NCBI GenBank assembly: GCA_964016885.1
Contig: OZ024742.1
Location: 70,618,001 to 70,682,000 of the forward strand
Reading direction: 5' to 3'
DNA: 64,000 nt
From: Eledone cirrhosa
Lineage: Eukaryota
Each line of letters starts with the position of its first letter. Position 1 is the first letter of the stretch. This document shows positions 41,601 to 55,317 of this stretch, piece by piece. The notes under the pieces were generated by a model that saw only the letters and a program-made list of their open reading frames with translations, did no database searches and was not told the DNA's origin. Position numbers and translations under genes: made by a program.

Positions 41601-42081
41601 TCTACCCGTTCGAGAGAGGCTCTACAGACACGGGCGCCCGGGCAGGGATCCCTCAAAAAAGATTTGCCCTAGATGCGTGCGTCACGAAGAAACCGTGGCG
41701 CACGCATTGGTGCAATGTCCGGGCGTGGCTGATCTGTGGGGCTACGCCGAACAACTGCTGTCGCGGGTGGCGCCGATTAAATTGACCGCCGAGTCCGTGA
41801 TGACAATCAAACCGCCTCCCCTCTTCACAAAGGAAGCAAAGGCGGTTTTTCTGTGCGTAATAGCCATGTTGAAAGAGGTTGTTTGGTGGACACGATTGAA
41901 AGGTCTGAGGTCAGGCAACTTCCTCTCTGGCCATAGTCTGGTCTACTTCTTCCGATATCACTTCGGAAGAAGGATAAGAATGGAGAGAGAGGTGCTTGGC
42001 CACAGGCAGTTTTATGAAAGGTGGGTGATAGTGGCGAGAATGGCTCGTGTAAATGGGCCTTCTCTGTATACCATCCTGTAG
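38644..42081 (+). CDS. LINE ORF2 protein, 1145 aa: APE endonuclease, reverse transcriptase, C-terminal zinc finger
   Basis: NARGL, ETR, GDWN, LDRF, TDH, KSPGLDG, KAFDRV, QGCPLS, YADD and CPRC..H...C motifs in an uninterrupted frame. Confidence 0.96.
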   Translation: MDVLRVGCLNARGLGSTWKQAKLLNDLRSCSINVMVICETRISVMRQLAPTFDDFEVHASLCQPGGGGGVVVLLQKHLGLAVQVVHSDPEGRLLVLDVGSSESAALRLVAVYSPFGAERPDFFQRLETFLGTSRSLLLAGDWNDILDARWDYAGACPNRGGCNSLKGLLDRFNLVDRYRLDFPTVPTWTWRNHSGQSRSYLDRFLVRSKDRDILSCPEMRTVGYTDHKLVTCVVNLEKTHRQGPGYWKLNLSLPAKETYRNRISRLVKERLTGAIVNNRWWASLKREIRTESISYSKMLAANRNRNEKELTGKLEEAIKSEDVARVLASRTALNQFFDAKHEGCVIRSKIRALGNGGAKAVGWARVTEAKSGNRSTIRSLQDEDGRVIREPKQMCEAFQKHFARLFGGGEGPGRGVDFGPYLDGLPRLSNKEAESCEGPISADEIGDALSQCSRRKSPGLDGIPYELYLAMPVFFSELLEAVYCNWQQNGRIPCSVAKGVVTLVRKDENKGDSINNFRPITLLNTELKILAKVLAKRLALVVGGLVGDAQTCAIPSRSIHDNLHLMRYIIERVGNKPGFGGALINLDQSKAFDRVDHGYLDAVLAAAGFGPVFRGWITALHSNHICSRIKVNGYLSKPFEITRSIRQGCPLSSLLYVLTLEPLLRKLELLQGIPLEPGLSKAVSAYADDVTVMVSTDSEIEAIGTLLEEYERLSGAKLNREKSIGLQLGTWRGKPMPPDGVVGHWTEGPVKLLGVWFGPDLQVEKNWNEVTNKVFALTQKWAKCKLSLKGRAEVANIYIASVTYYRLTVVPCPKETLTTMERMLFQFLWKKRPPMVRRSICCQQPSKGGLGMPWLMMRRHALRLRHLQVFLTGQPVWAPFVKRAFPRLVSLTELQSWVKQRSGKLGDWHTECAQALRALWQAGRAIGGESTSSFYRGLVASRGDDTLGESLDMEEDELASLFGRTFGPGPMDNFQKSLAWQCYRGALPVRERLYRHGRPGRDPSKKICPRCVRHEETVAHALVQCPGVADLWGYAEQLLSRVAPIKLTAESVMTIKPPPLFTKEAKAVFLCVIAMLKEVVWWTRLKGLRSGNFLSGHSLVYFFRYHFGRRIRMEREVLGHRQFYERWVIVARMARVNGPSLYTIL

Positions 42082-42297
42082 GTAAAGAAGTAAAGGAGAG
42101 GGGAACACCTTCTCCATGTGCTCCCCGGGCAAAGGATTGCACACTTTTTCGGGGGTGTGTGCAACCCCCATCACGTCCCCTCCCTTTTGAGGTTATTTTC
42201 GATTATTTTCATGTTACACCCTTTTTACTCGATTATATGTAAACTCCCCCTTTGTATTTGTCCCTTCTTTTTATGCCTTTATGGTAAATAAAGAAAT

Positions 42298-42905
42298 CTA
42301 TCTAGGTACGACCTAGATGTTCCGCTGCGATTACTCCACATCCACCGTGGCACAGTCGGAAAATCTAGTCGATATCTATCGGCCAGATCAAATCGGCCGA
42401 TTAATCGTTTGAGGCTGTTACACCCCCCTCTATCGGGACATGCCCCTACATAGTCCCAACGTGCATCCAGGATACCATTCCAGTCCCCCACTAAAAGCAA
42501 GGAGCGAGACGTTCCCAGGAAATTCTCCAGGCGTCGGAAGAAGTCCGGTCGCGGTGTCCCAGATGGGGCATACGCTGCCACCAGCCTGAAAGCTCCACCT
42601 TCACCACTGCCGACGTCTAAAACCACCAGTCGACCCTCCGGGTCCAGGTGTATCTTCTGTGTGGCAAGACCCAGGTATTTTCGCAGCAGAACGACAACCC
42701 CACCCCCACCCCTCAGCTGACAGAGAGATGCGTAGATCTCAAAATCGTCGAAGATGGGGGCCAGTTGGCGCTCGCTGCTGATCCTGGACTCGCAAATAAC
42801 CATTACATCCACTCTGTGCGACCTGAGGTCATTTAAGAGTTTGCCCTGTTTCCAGGACATCCCCAAGCCGCGTGCATTCACACATCCAACTCTTATATTG
42901 GCCAT
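42298..42905 (-). pseudogene. LINE A ORF2, N-terminal APE endonuclease part
   Basis: NARGL, CESR, YAP, GDWN and SRSYLDR motifs; stops at the insertion site. Confidence 0.92.
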
Positions 42906-42947
42906 GTTGGTACTGAAGAGTTAAAAAGGAAGAGGAAAGGAAATTAC

Positions 42948-44753
42948 TTACCTCTTCGTCTCCTGGGGACCAGGCTGCACAATTTCCATGGGGGTGTTGG
43001 AAGGGTTGTTTGGTGGGGTGGTGGTTTGTGGTGGGGTGAGGACATCAGTGTGTAGTGGGATTAGGGTGTTTGGTGGGGTGTGGGTGTCTGGTGTGGGGGT
43101 GGGGAAACATTTCAATAGGACGCTGTTATGTGGTTTGGTGCAGTTGGTCCCCACATGCATTGGATGGTTCTTTTTCAAAGTTACATAGGTTTCCGTTGGG
43201 ACCCTAATCATCATTAGGTGCGGTTTGTTCGCTGCGTAGGTGAAAATGATCTCTTCGGTTTCCACCGAAGGGTTATTTTCTATCGCTTTCATCAACGTTT
43301 TATTGTTCTTGTTAATGTATGTATAGAGTTTTTGTTGTGTTGTGTTTGTTTTTGTTTGTTGTTCTTGTGCGTGTTTGCGTTTTGTAGTACGTGTTATGTT
43401 TTGGGGAGGGGTGGGGTTTTTTATTTGTGATGTTTGTTCTGTTTGTGCTGGTGGTTGTGTGTTTGTGGCATTTTTGTTAATGTGGTGCCTTTTTTTTTTT
43501 TCTTTTCACCTGTTGAAAGGGTTCTCCCTCGTCGTCACTGGGTGACGTTGATACGGAGTCCTCTTCCGTGTTGTTGGGGAGGGGCATATTTTGGGGTTTT
43601 GTTGTGGTTGCTTTTGTATTTGTTTTAGGTGGGGAGGGGTTGGGTAGAACAGTGTTTTGTGTTGTTATTTTTCCGTGTTGTTGTGGTTGTTGTTGTTGTT
43701 GTGGTGGTGGTGGTGGTGGTGGTTGTGTTGTTGTGTTCGGGGTTGGCAGAAGAGCCTTTTTTTTTTACTCGTTAATTGAGGACAGGCAGCCCTCAGGTGA
43801 CCCCTGCTTAAGCAGTGGTAACATGACGGCCGCCTTCCCTCCACTGAAATGTTTATATAAGTTAGCTCGTCCAGAGGCACGCGTTGTGGGATATTCGCTA
43901 TTCGTTCTGGGCTCATTTGCACCAGAACTTCTACGCTGGTCCCACCAAATACACCGCCGGAGGACTTTCCTATTGAAATTATATTGTCTTCGTCAAAGTC
44001 AATGATTCCACATAGTATCCACCAAATATTTACATTTGGTGTGATACTCATTATTTTTATTCTTTGTGTCCTTTTTCCCCTGTATGTGGGGAAAAAGGTG
44101 AAGCGGGGGGACACAATGGGTGATACCGAGTACTTTTGAGCTGTTGACTGGTTGTTCATTAGCACCGAAATGCTACCAAACAGTTTACCTTTTTGTATGA
44201 AGGTTAAGTCCTTCATTGAATCTTTTAGAACCAGCTCAATTTCATTTTGTGATAATTGAGCTGGTTTTCTTGTTTCGTTCGATATTGTCCTGAAAACTGT
44301 GGTTTTCAGGACAGCCTCTCTACGTAATTCCTGTGGAGAATTGATGCTAAAAGCACCGTTTTCGCCAAAAGTCACGAATTGTTTTGCGTCTTGTAATAGT
44401 TGTTTAGCATTTGTTATGTCTATTGGCGTGTATAGTTCGTTTTTTTTTACACTCTGGTGGAATGTTGTTTTGGTGTTGTTGTCTTTTTTGCTGCTGTCAC
44501 TGTTGGTAATATTGTTCATGTTTTCCTTGGTGTTGCTATTGTTGCAGTTGTTGGTTGTGGTGTTATTTTCACTGTTCTTGTTGTTGGTGCTGGTATTATT
44601 TACCGGGTTTGGTTTCGTGGTTTCAATGTTTTTAACGTTTTTCGATAATGCGAGGGAGGAAGGCTGCAAGCTTTGTACTCCTACCTTCCCTCCACCACTT
44701 TTCTTAGTGGGTGTGGCACTCACGACAGTGTGCGAGGTGGAAATGGCATCCAT
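42948..44753 (-). pseudogene. LINE A ORF1 (CCHC knuckle), frameshifted near 43760
   Basis: VEGRRPSCYHCLSRGHLRAAC; the C-terminus PMEIVQPGPQETKR is homologous to LINE B ORF1. Confidence 0.85.
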
Positions 44754-44954
44754 TGCCACCAAGTCTACAGTTTTGAGATGAAAATGAAAATTGAAAATTT
44801 CGCCCCAGAAAGGGGCGAAAATTAGTTGACTCAACGTCTGACAGCCCAGGCAAGGGGTTAAACTAAACAATGTTATTAAATTGAGCAATAAACTCACAGT
44901 TTTTTTGACAATAATCCGTAAAAGTCCGGAGCAAAGTAATTCACGTCTATATCA

Positions 44955-45200
44955 AGTGTTAATTGATATAGAGAGGAGGATTGGAAGAGAGTTCTGTGTA
45001 GTAGATATAGAGAGGGGAGAGTTTAGTGTTAATTGATTTAGAGAGGGGAATTGGAAGGGAGTTCTGTGTAGTTGATATAGAGAGGGAGAGGGTTTGATGT
45101 TAATTGACATAGAGAGGGGCATTGGGAGAGAGTGTTGTATGGTTGATATAGAGAGAGATATAGTTTGGTGTTAATGAATACAATGAGGGAATTAATATAG
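44955..45200. repeat. About 68-bp degenerate minisatellite (continues at 33310-33425), the target of LINE A
   Basis: gtgttaattgatatagagagggg..ggaagagagttctgtgtagtagatatag units lie on both sides of LINE A. Confidence 0.7.
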
Positions 45201-45242
45201 ATAGTTATTGATAGATATAGAGATTGATAAATAAATAAATCA

Positions 45243-45281
<39 letters not shown>

Positions 45282-45404
45282 AGAATATTTTATATACGTC
45301 AATACTCATCTTTTTCCATTTCTCCGAGGGTTCTTAACCCCACTATCAGGCTAAATAATTTCTTTCATTTCTTTAGTCAAAATACGGCGATAGCTTACAT
45401 TTCT

Positions 45405-48088
<2,684 letters not shown>

Positions 48089-48090
<2 letters not shown>

Positions 48091-48513
48091 TAGACCTGAA
48101 AACTGCGCAAGCTCACAAAAGCCACTGAATGTTATAATAAACCTTCAAAAGTGTGAGACTAGAGTTGTTGCTCAAAAATATTGTAATCATTATCTATCGT
48201 ACACTCTGTGGCATTCTTTTATAAAAAAGAGACTCATAAATTATTTAAGCTAATGTTCAATATCTCGTATTAGATGTTTAGTAATGATTAATACGAAATG
48301 CACTTAAACCGAATTCTATATTATAAATTTACTTAAATAATTATCGTGTCGTCTTGAGTTCGTTATAAGTCTCTTTTTTATAAAAGGATGCCACAGAGTG
48401 TACGATAAATAATGATTACAATATTTTTTAGCAACAACTCTAGTCCCACACTTTTTAAGGTTTATTATAACATTCTGTGGCTCTTTTGAGCTTGCGCATT
48501 TTTCAGGTCTAGT
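48089..48513. mobile_element. Fold-back element with about 150-bp imperfect inverted repeats
   Basis: actagacctgaaaactgcgcaagctc...gagactcataa pairs with ttataagtctc...gagcttgcgcatttttcaggtctagt. Confidence 0.75.
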
Positions 48514-49347
48514 TTAATATTTTTTAAGGCAACGCTTGTAATAATCTAGTTAAACATGATATCTATTAATAATAAATTAGATTATATAATTGTTATTTTA
48601 TAAATGATCTTATAAATAGTATTGTAAGATGTATAAAAATATTTTCAGACTACAATAAACAATCAATATTAAATAAATATATTTTACATAATAATTGTTA
48701 TAGTTGAATTAATAAAAATTAAATATTACATACAAATAGTCTAATATAATAATAAAAAAATAATCTAACATAATAATAATAAAATAATCTAACATAAAAC
48801 GAACAATAATATGGACAAATATATAAGTAAATATGATACAACCAATATTATAAGCATGTTATAACGAACTGAAAAAAAAATAGTTAATATATATTTAAAA
48901 AATCATATATAAATTAACAATATAACTTAACAAAACGAGAAAAATATGTTGATGATAAACGACGAAATACAGGAGGAAGATTCGAAAGTGAAACGATAAA
49001 TAAACGTGCAAACAAAGTGGCGAATGCTTTTGAGCAAAAATTACTCTCATGGGTTGATTAGCCAATAAGACAATACATTACAAAAGATGTTTGGCAGGGA
49101 TCACCACGGCCAGCGAAACCCCTTGAACTTTTTATTCACAAGCTTCGCATATATGTCAGACACGCAGACTTAAAACATTCTGTTGTTAGTCACTGCATGT
49201 CTAATAGATATGCGAGACAAACCACAACAGAAACACAAACTCTCCATTGCAATTTTACTTTTGAAAATCATAAGAACTGTGAAACTGGTAAAGTAAATAA
49301 ATAAATATTCTTAAAAGACTCCAGTTGTATTTTCAATTTCTTTTCCT

Positions 49348-49487
<140 letters not shown>

Positions 49488-51012
49488 TTATAATAATCAA
49501 AGAACTGTTCAAAACATTTTTATGCTTACAACTGTTTCCTCCAAACCGAGGTTTGGATTCTTCGGAGCAATTTATTAATGAATGAACACTTATATGACCT
49601 CCTTTTCACCCAAGAGACATACAGATACATATGCAAATATTGTGGGTCAACATTCATTACACCATTTAGAGTGGCAGTACACACTTAGAGATTACATTCA
49701 TATTAAAAGATACAATCAAAAATACAGGTGAAAATACAACATGAAAATAAGCGGTTATATAGTGCAAAGGTTATATGTGTGGCAAGCACGTGCGTCCTGT
49801 TTATATAGTGTGGCAGAGAGTTACGTGTAGTAGAAGCACTTAAGTAGGTAAACAAGAGTGTTAGGTTGGTTGATCTGGTGACAAATTCTTTATATGATTG
49901 TTATAGTATGTGTGTGGAGAAATAATATAAGCATTAAAAATAGTGCAAGCATTAAAAATATTTAAAATATTGGAAATGCGCAGCGAAGGGATGATATGGA
50001 CTTCATGTACTTCGACATTTTCATAGTCTGGGGAGTGTATTTATCAGATTATATGCCCCTCACATAATCCACGACGATTCGATATTGAGCGTTTGACAAT
50101 CCAGTTAGAGAATCGTAGTCTGATGTTCTTTAGTTCAATACAGGAGGATGTTACGTTTCGAGAATCGACATCGAAATACTACCCGGAAGTGTGTGTGTGG
50201 CTAAGGGGAGTTAATGCATGAGGGGAGGTAACTCCGAGGTTTCTATTACTAACTACTAAAATGTGTCTCAAAATAGACCCTAACCTCTATGGTTATGCGC
50301 AATTTCTAAAAAATTTCTAAAATTTAAAGTGTTTCAACTATAGAGTAGTCTATTAAGTTGTGCTGAAGGTGTTCGTATTATTATGGTGATTAACCCCCAT
50401 CGTAGAGTGCCACAAATGAATATTATAGGCGACGAGCGAGGATTCTAAATTAATGATCTCTGTGGTTGCAGTCTACTCAAAGGACCAGGCGCGGTGATTG
50501 CAGAATCACTTCAACACACAATGATCTCTGGTAAGTTCTGGGTCATCGCTTGCTACATTGGATGTCGAAAGATAATCATCACCAGGGCCGACCAGAGGTC
50601 AATCCGCAGTCCCCATGACCCCAATCTGACCATCAAATCATCCATATATGTACAACCCATACGTCACTTGCAATACATTCATTCCCTGCACTCAGCGTAC
50701 CGGTCATACTGCTCATCAGCGTTACTAGATTAATTCGTTTTTCATCTCTCCAACGATGGCACTTCCTCCGCACAACACTAACAAGACAATCAATTCATGC
50801 TTAAACTATCTATAGAGCGGTGTAGTGCAGTTCAAGTGGGTGGATGTTGTCACACCTAAAGTAGAGGTACAAATGGGTATTCGCCCTGCGAAGGGTTCTA
50901 GAGGGATGTCGCTGTTTGTGTTATATTAGATCAGTGAGTGTTGGGTATGTGGTATAAGGTGTGCCCCTGGTGTTTGGTGCTAGAGGTGGTGTTTGGTTCA
51001 AGTCCGACATTG

Positions 51013-53030
51013 CTATATATTGGGCTTAAAGTTTTGGAAGGAATGTCTGAAGCGGTGTTGGCAAGTTGCAAACACTTCAGATTTTCTGTTAAGTAGGTTA
51101 CGGTTAGAGAAGATAATATTGTGGGTCTCTAGTATACAGAGGTTACAAAATTTATTAGGTGGTTTGTACGAAGTCGCGCTACCTATCACTTCCCATTTGA
51201 GTGTGTAAGGTTTATTTTTAGTTTTTAGATAGTGTATGTAGCTAGATAGTGAGGTGGAGTTGGCTAGACTGTGCTTTTTGAACGAGTGGATGTGCGAATT
51301 ATATCTGATTTTGAAGCAGTTAGAAGTGGAGCCTACATAGGTTTCTGAAGAGTTGCTAGTTGTAACGGTGCATGAGTATATGATATCCTTGGTTAGGCAT
51401 TTTTTATCTAAAGGGCAGGTTCTATTAGCTCTACAGTTACAATTATCCTGTGTGTTAGTCTGCTGGTTATAATGCAGTGCAGAACTCTGGGTGGTAGCTG
51501 TAGGATTTTGGACATTCGGGTTGTCGACCCCGGTGTTATTTCTTATACTAGTGTTATTTCTATTGTTACTGCCGTTACTATGGTTGCTTGCTACAGAGGT
51601 ATTTAGAAGGTTTACCTCCTGTTGTGATTTCGTTTGTTGGAAGTAAGAATTAATTTTACTTTTATTGCTGCTAGCTATGTGGTATGCTAAGTTAGGCGTC
51701 GTAGAGTATGAGATTTTAATAGTGTTTTTGTTTAAAAGGTTGTGGTACTTGTGTCCTAGAGAGAAGTTTTTATCTAGTAGTGAGAAGAAAGCCCTGGGTA
51801 TGTTGGTGGAGACATTTAGGTTGAAAGGAGGGTTGAAAAATGTATTATTTCTTCTTCTATTTTTGTTTTTAGTGTCTGGTGTGTTGTTTCTTCCTAAGGC
51901 ACTACGGTAGTTTCCGTGGTAATGGTTACTTCCGGTGGCACCCTCCGCTTTGGTGTACTTGTGGTTGCTATTCCTATTATTAGGTTTCCTCATGGACATG
52001 TTGTGCGAGATGATGTTGTAGCTATGCGTTTTCTTAGGTAGGAACTCAATTTCTATATTATGGCCAGATCTAGCTAATGCTTGATTATAATATTGTGAGT
52101 TTTTGCTAAATATGTTTGCATCATAGGATAGATTAGAGATTCTATTGGATATCCCCTTAGAGATAGAGTTTAATATTGATCTAGGGTGATTAGACTTGGT
52201 ATTTACGTAAATGAGTTTTTCCTTAGGCTTATGGAAAGGTGTATATATTTTTGAGTCTAGGTATAGTGTGGCGTCTAGGAAGTTAACATTTTTAGTCTTT
52301 TTGTCCATGGTGATACTAAGGTTAAAGTTTTTGAATGTCTTGTGCAATAGTTTTCTAGTTCTTTCTATATTAAATTTTTTATATTCTATAAGTAGAAGTG
52401 CATCATCGCGGTACAAACCACCGTTGAGGTAAGGGAGGTCCTTATGGATTTCATTAACAAGGTATAGGCCGACCAAATCAGTGACCTGCGCCGAGTCACT
52501 ATATCCCATGGTTATGTCGAAGTTGTTGTGGGTATCCTTGCGTGTCCATAGTTGGTCCTCGAAGGTGATTATGGTTTTACGGGCCGCAAGGATGACATCA
52601 ATCTGGGCTCTAGTCAGGTCGCTATTGTTCATGGCCATGATTAGTGCCTTATTTAATAGGATAGGGGAAATAGAGGTGTAGTATGAATTGATATCAAATT
52701 GAATAAATTTTTTGTCCTTATTATTCTTGATATCTTTGAACCATTTAATAACTTCACCCGTATTTCCCCATTGTTTAAGGTGTATCTTGTGTTTAATTTG
52801 TGGGATGATTTTATTAAAATGTTCTTGCTGATAATACCAATGTCGGACTTGGAAGGGCAGATAAGTCTTATCGAGGGGTTGCTAATTAATCCTCCTTATG
52901 ATCCTTCAGAGAGAATCTAGAGGGGTTTGGGGTGTATGGTTGTGTATGCCTCTGAAGTCCTAGTTTAGACACTATATTATATCCCTCTATATTAATATCT
53001 TCTAAGTTTTTCAAGGTGCTCTTCTTGTAG
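51013..53030 (-). pseudogene. PLE RT plus GIY-YIG, 5'-truncated; open from about 52775 to 51013 with an upstream frameshift
   Basis: FIQFDINSYYTSI, FDITMGYSDSAQ, GLYRDD, NFLD, SNHP, FNPPF, IIYSC..YVGST, CNLCILE and TCQHR motifs. Confidence 0.9.
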
Positions 53031-54554
53031 CTTTTATGTAGTTCATTATATATGTAGTTCATTATATATAAACTTTCTATAGAAAGTTTATATATAATGA
53101 ACTACATAAAAGCAATGTCGGACTTGAACCAAACACCACCTCTAGCACCAAACACCAGGGGCACACCTTATACCACATACCCAACACTCACTGATCTAAT
53201 ATAACACAAACAGCGACATCCCTCTAGAACCCTTCGCAGGGCGAATACCCATTTGTACCTCTACTTTAGGTGTGACAACATCCACCCACTTGAACTGCAC
53301 TACACCGCTCTATAGATAGTTTAAGCATGAATTGATTGTCTTGTTAGTGTTGTGCGGAGGAAGTGCCATCGTTGGAGAGATGAAAAACGAATTAATCTAG
53401 TAACGCTGATGAGCAGTATGACCGGTACGCTGAGTGCAGGGAATGAATGTATTGCAAGTGACGTATGGGTTGTACATATATGGATGATTTGATGGTCAGA
53501 TTGGGGTCATGGGGACTGCGGATTGACCTCTGGTCGGCCCTGGTGATGATTATCTTTCGACATCCAATGTAGCAAGCGATGACCCAGAACTTACCAGAGA
53601 TCATTGTGTGTTGAAGTGATTCTGCAATCACCGCGCCTGGTCCTTTGAGTAGACTGCAACCACAGAGATCATTAATTTAGAATCCTCGCTCGTCGCCTAT
53701 AATATTCATTTGTGGCACTCTACGATGGGGGTTAATCACCATAATAATACGAACACCTTCAGCACAACTTAATGGACTACTCTATAGTTGAAACACTTTA
53801 AATTTTAGAAATTTTTTAGAAATTGCGCATAACCATAGAAGTTAGGGTCTATTTTGAGACACATTTTAGTAGTTAGTAATAGAAACCTCGGAGTTACCTC
53901 CCCTCATGCATTAACTCCCCTTAGCCACACACACACTTCCGGGTAGTATTTCGATGTCGATTCTCGAAACGTAACATCCTCCTGTATTGAACTAAAGAAC
54001 ATCAGACTACGATTCTCTAACTGGATTGTCAAACGCTCAATATCGAATCGTCGTGGATTATGTGAGGGGCATATAATCTGATAAATACACTCCCCAGACT
54101 ATGAAAATGTCGAAGTACATGAAGTCCATATCATCCCTTCGCTGCGCATTTCCAATATTTTAAATATTTTTAATGCTTGCACTATTTTTAATGCTTATAT
54201 TATTTCTCCACACACATACTATAACAATCATATAAAGAATTTGTCACCAGATCAACCAACCTAACACTCTTGTTTACCTACTTAAGTGCTTCTACTACAC
54301 GTAACTCTCTGCCACACTATATAAACAGGACGCACGTGCTTGCCACACATATAACCTTTGCACTATATAACCGCTTATTTTCATGTTTATTTTCACCTGT
54401 ATTTTTGATTGTATCTTTTAATATGAATGTAATCTCTAAGTGTGTACTGCCACTCTAAATGGTGTAATGAATGTTGACCCACAATATTTGCATATGTATC
54501 TGTATGTCTCTTGGGTGAAAAGGAGGTCATATAAGTGTTCATTCATTAATAAAT

Positions 54555-54601
54555 TGCTCCGAAGAATCCAAACCTCGGTTTGGAGGAAACAGTTGTAAGC
54601 A
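54555..54601 (+). ncRNA. Type I hammerhead motif with U4C core (mirror copy 49523-49569, -)
   Basis: tgct-CCGAAGA-a-tccaaacc/tc/ggtttgga-g-GAAA-cagttg-TA-agca. Confidence 0.7.
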
Positions 54602-55062
54602 TAAAAATGTTTTGAACAGTTCTTTGATTATTATAATTCATATAACTGCTCTGTAAATCATCTGATGTTTTTACATTGAGCTACTTAACTTACTGGTAAT
54701 AAGGTAGTAATATATTACTGCCTAGCACTATTTAGGGTTTTTATAAAAATATATATAACTGCAAAAGGTTTTTGTATTTACATAACCATAAATAGTATAA
54801 TTAATACTATATATATATATATACTTCACGTATTTCATACCAACAGGGCATATCAAAGGACCGAAATAACGGAGGTAAACTTTGTTCCATCATCATGTTT
54901 TTCTTTTTTTCTATTCAAGTTCTAGCTGTCTAATGAGGTCATAACTGTTGAATTATTGTCATCATCGAAATATATATACCAGCGTATATGAATAAACGAA
55001 ACAAATTTAAATCTGTTGACTTACACTTCTTGTTTATATATATATTTATATATATATATATA

Positions 55063-55246
55063 ACAGAGGAAATGTGGTAAATAACCAGGTGGACCATAAC
55101 GCACCAAAGTACTCAATACTTAGGGTAGTAGAGTGGGTAATAGGAACGGGTAGGACCCCAACGGCTGAGCTCAAGCCGTTTTTTTTTTTTAGTCCAGAAT
55201 TAGCCGTCGAAACGGCTTGAGCTCAGCCGTCGGGGTCCTACTCGTT

Positions 55247-55250
<4 letters not shown>
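55063..55250 (-). mobile_element. Tiny fold-back PLE pLTR end
   Basis: 55141-55181 is inverted relative to 55209-55250; GAAA-cggcttgagctcagccg-TC hammerhead 3' half; homologous to 24860-25070. Confidence 0.6.

Positions 55251-55312
<62 letters not shown>

Positions 55313-55317
<5 letters not shown>

Larger units (their letters stand above)
36514..42297 (+). mobile_element. L1/Tx1-type LINE 'B', full-length, both ORFs intact, 17-bp TSD
   Basis: ctatctaggtacgacct at 36497-36513 and 42298-42314; 5' UTR, ORF1, ORF2, and 3' UTR ending aataaagaaat. Confidence 0.95.
33427..44955 (-). mobile_element. L1/Tx1-type LINE 'A', full-length but split by LINE 'B'
   Basis: ORF1 44753-42948 (frameshifted), ORF2 42905-42298 continuing at 36496-33667, 3' UTR ending aataaatagaaat at about 33427. 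Confidence 0.92.

Noticed and set aside
44955-45200. Spaced repeats resembling a CRISPR array
   Set aside because: Degenerate tandem minisatellite without unique spacers, in a eukaryotic context with no cas genes.
50494-53631. Identical 79-aa ORFs on opposite strands
   Set aside because: Antisense by-products of the inverted pLTR duplication; non-ATG start and no motif.
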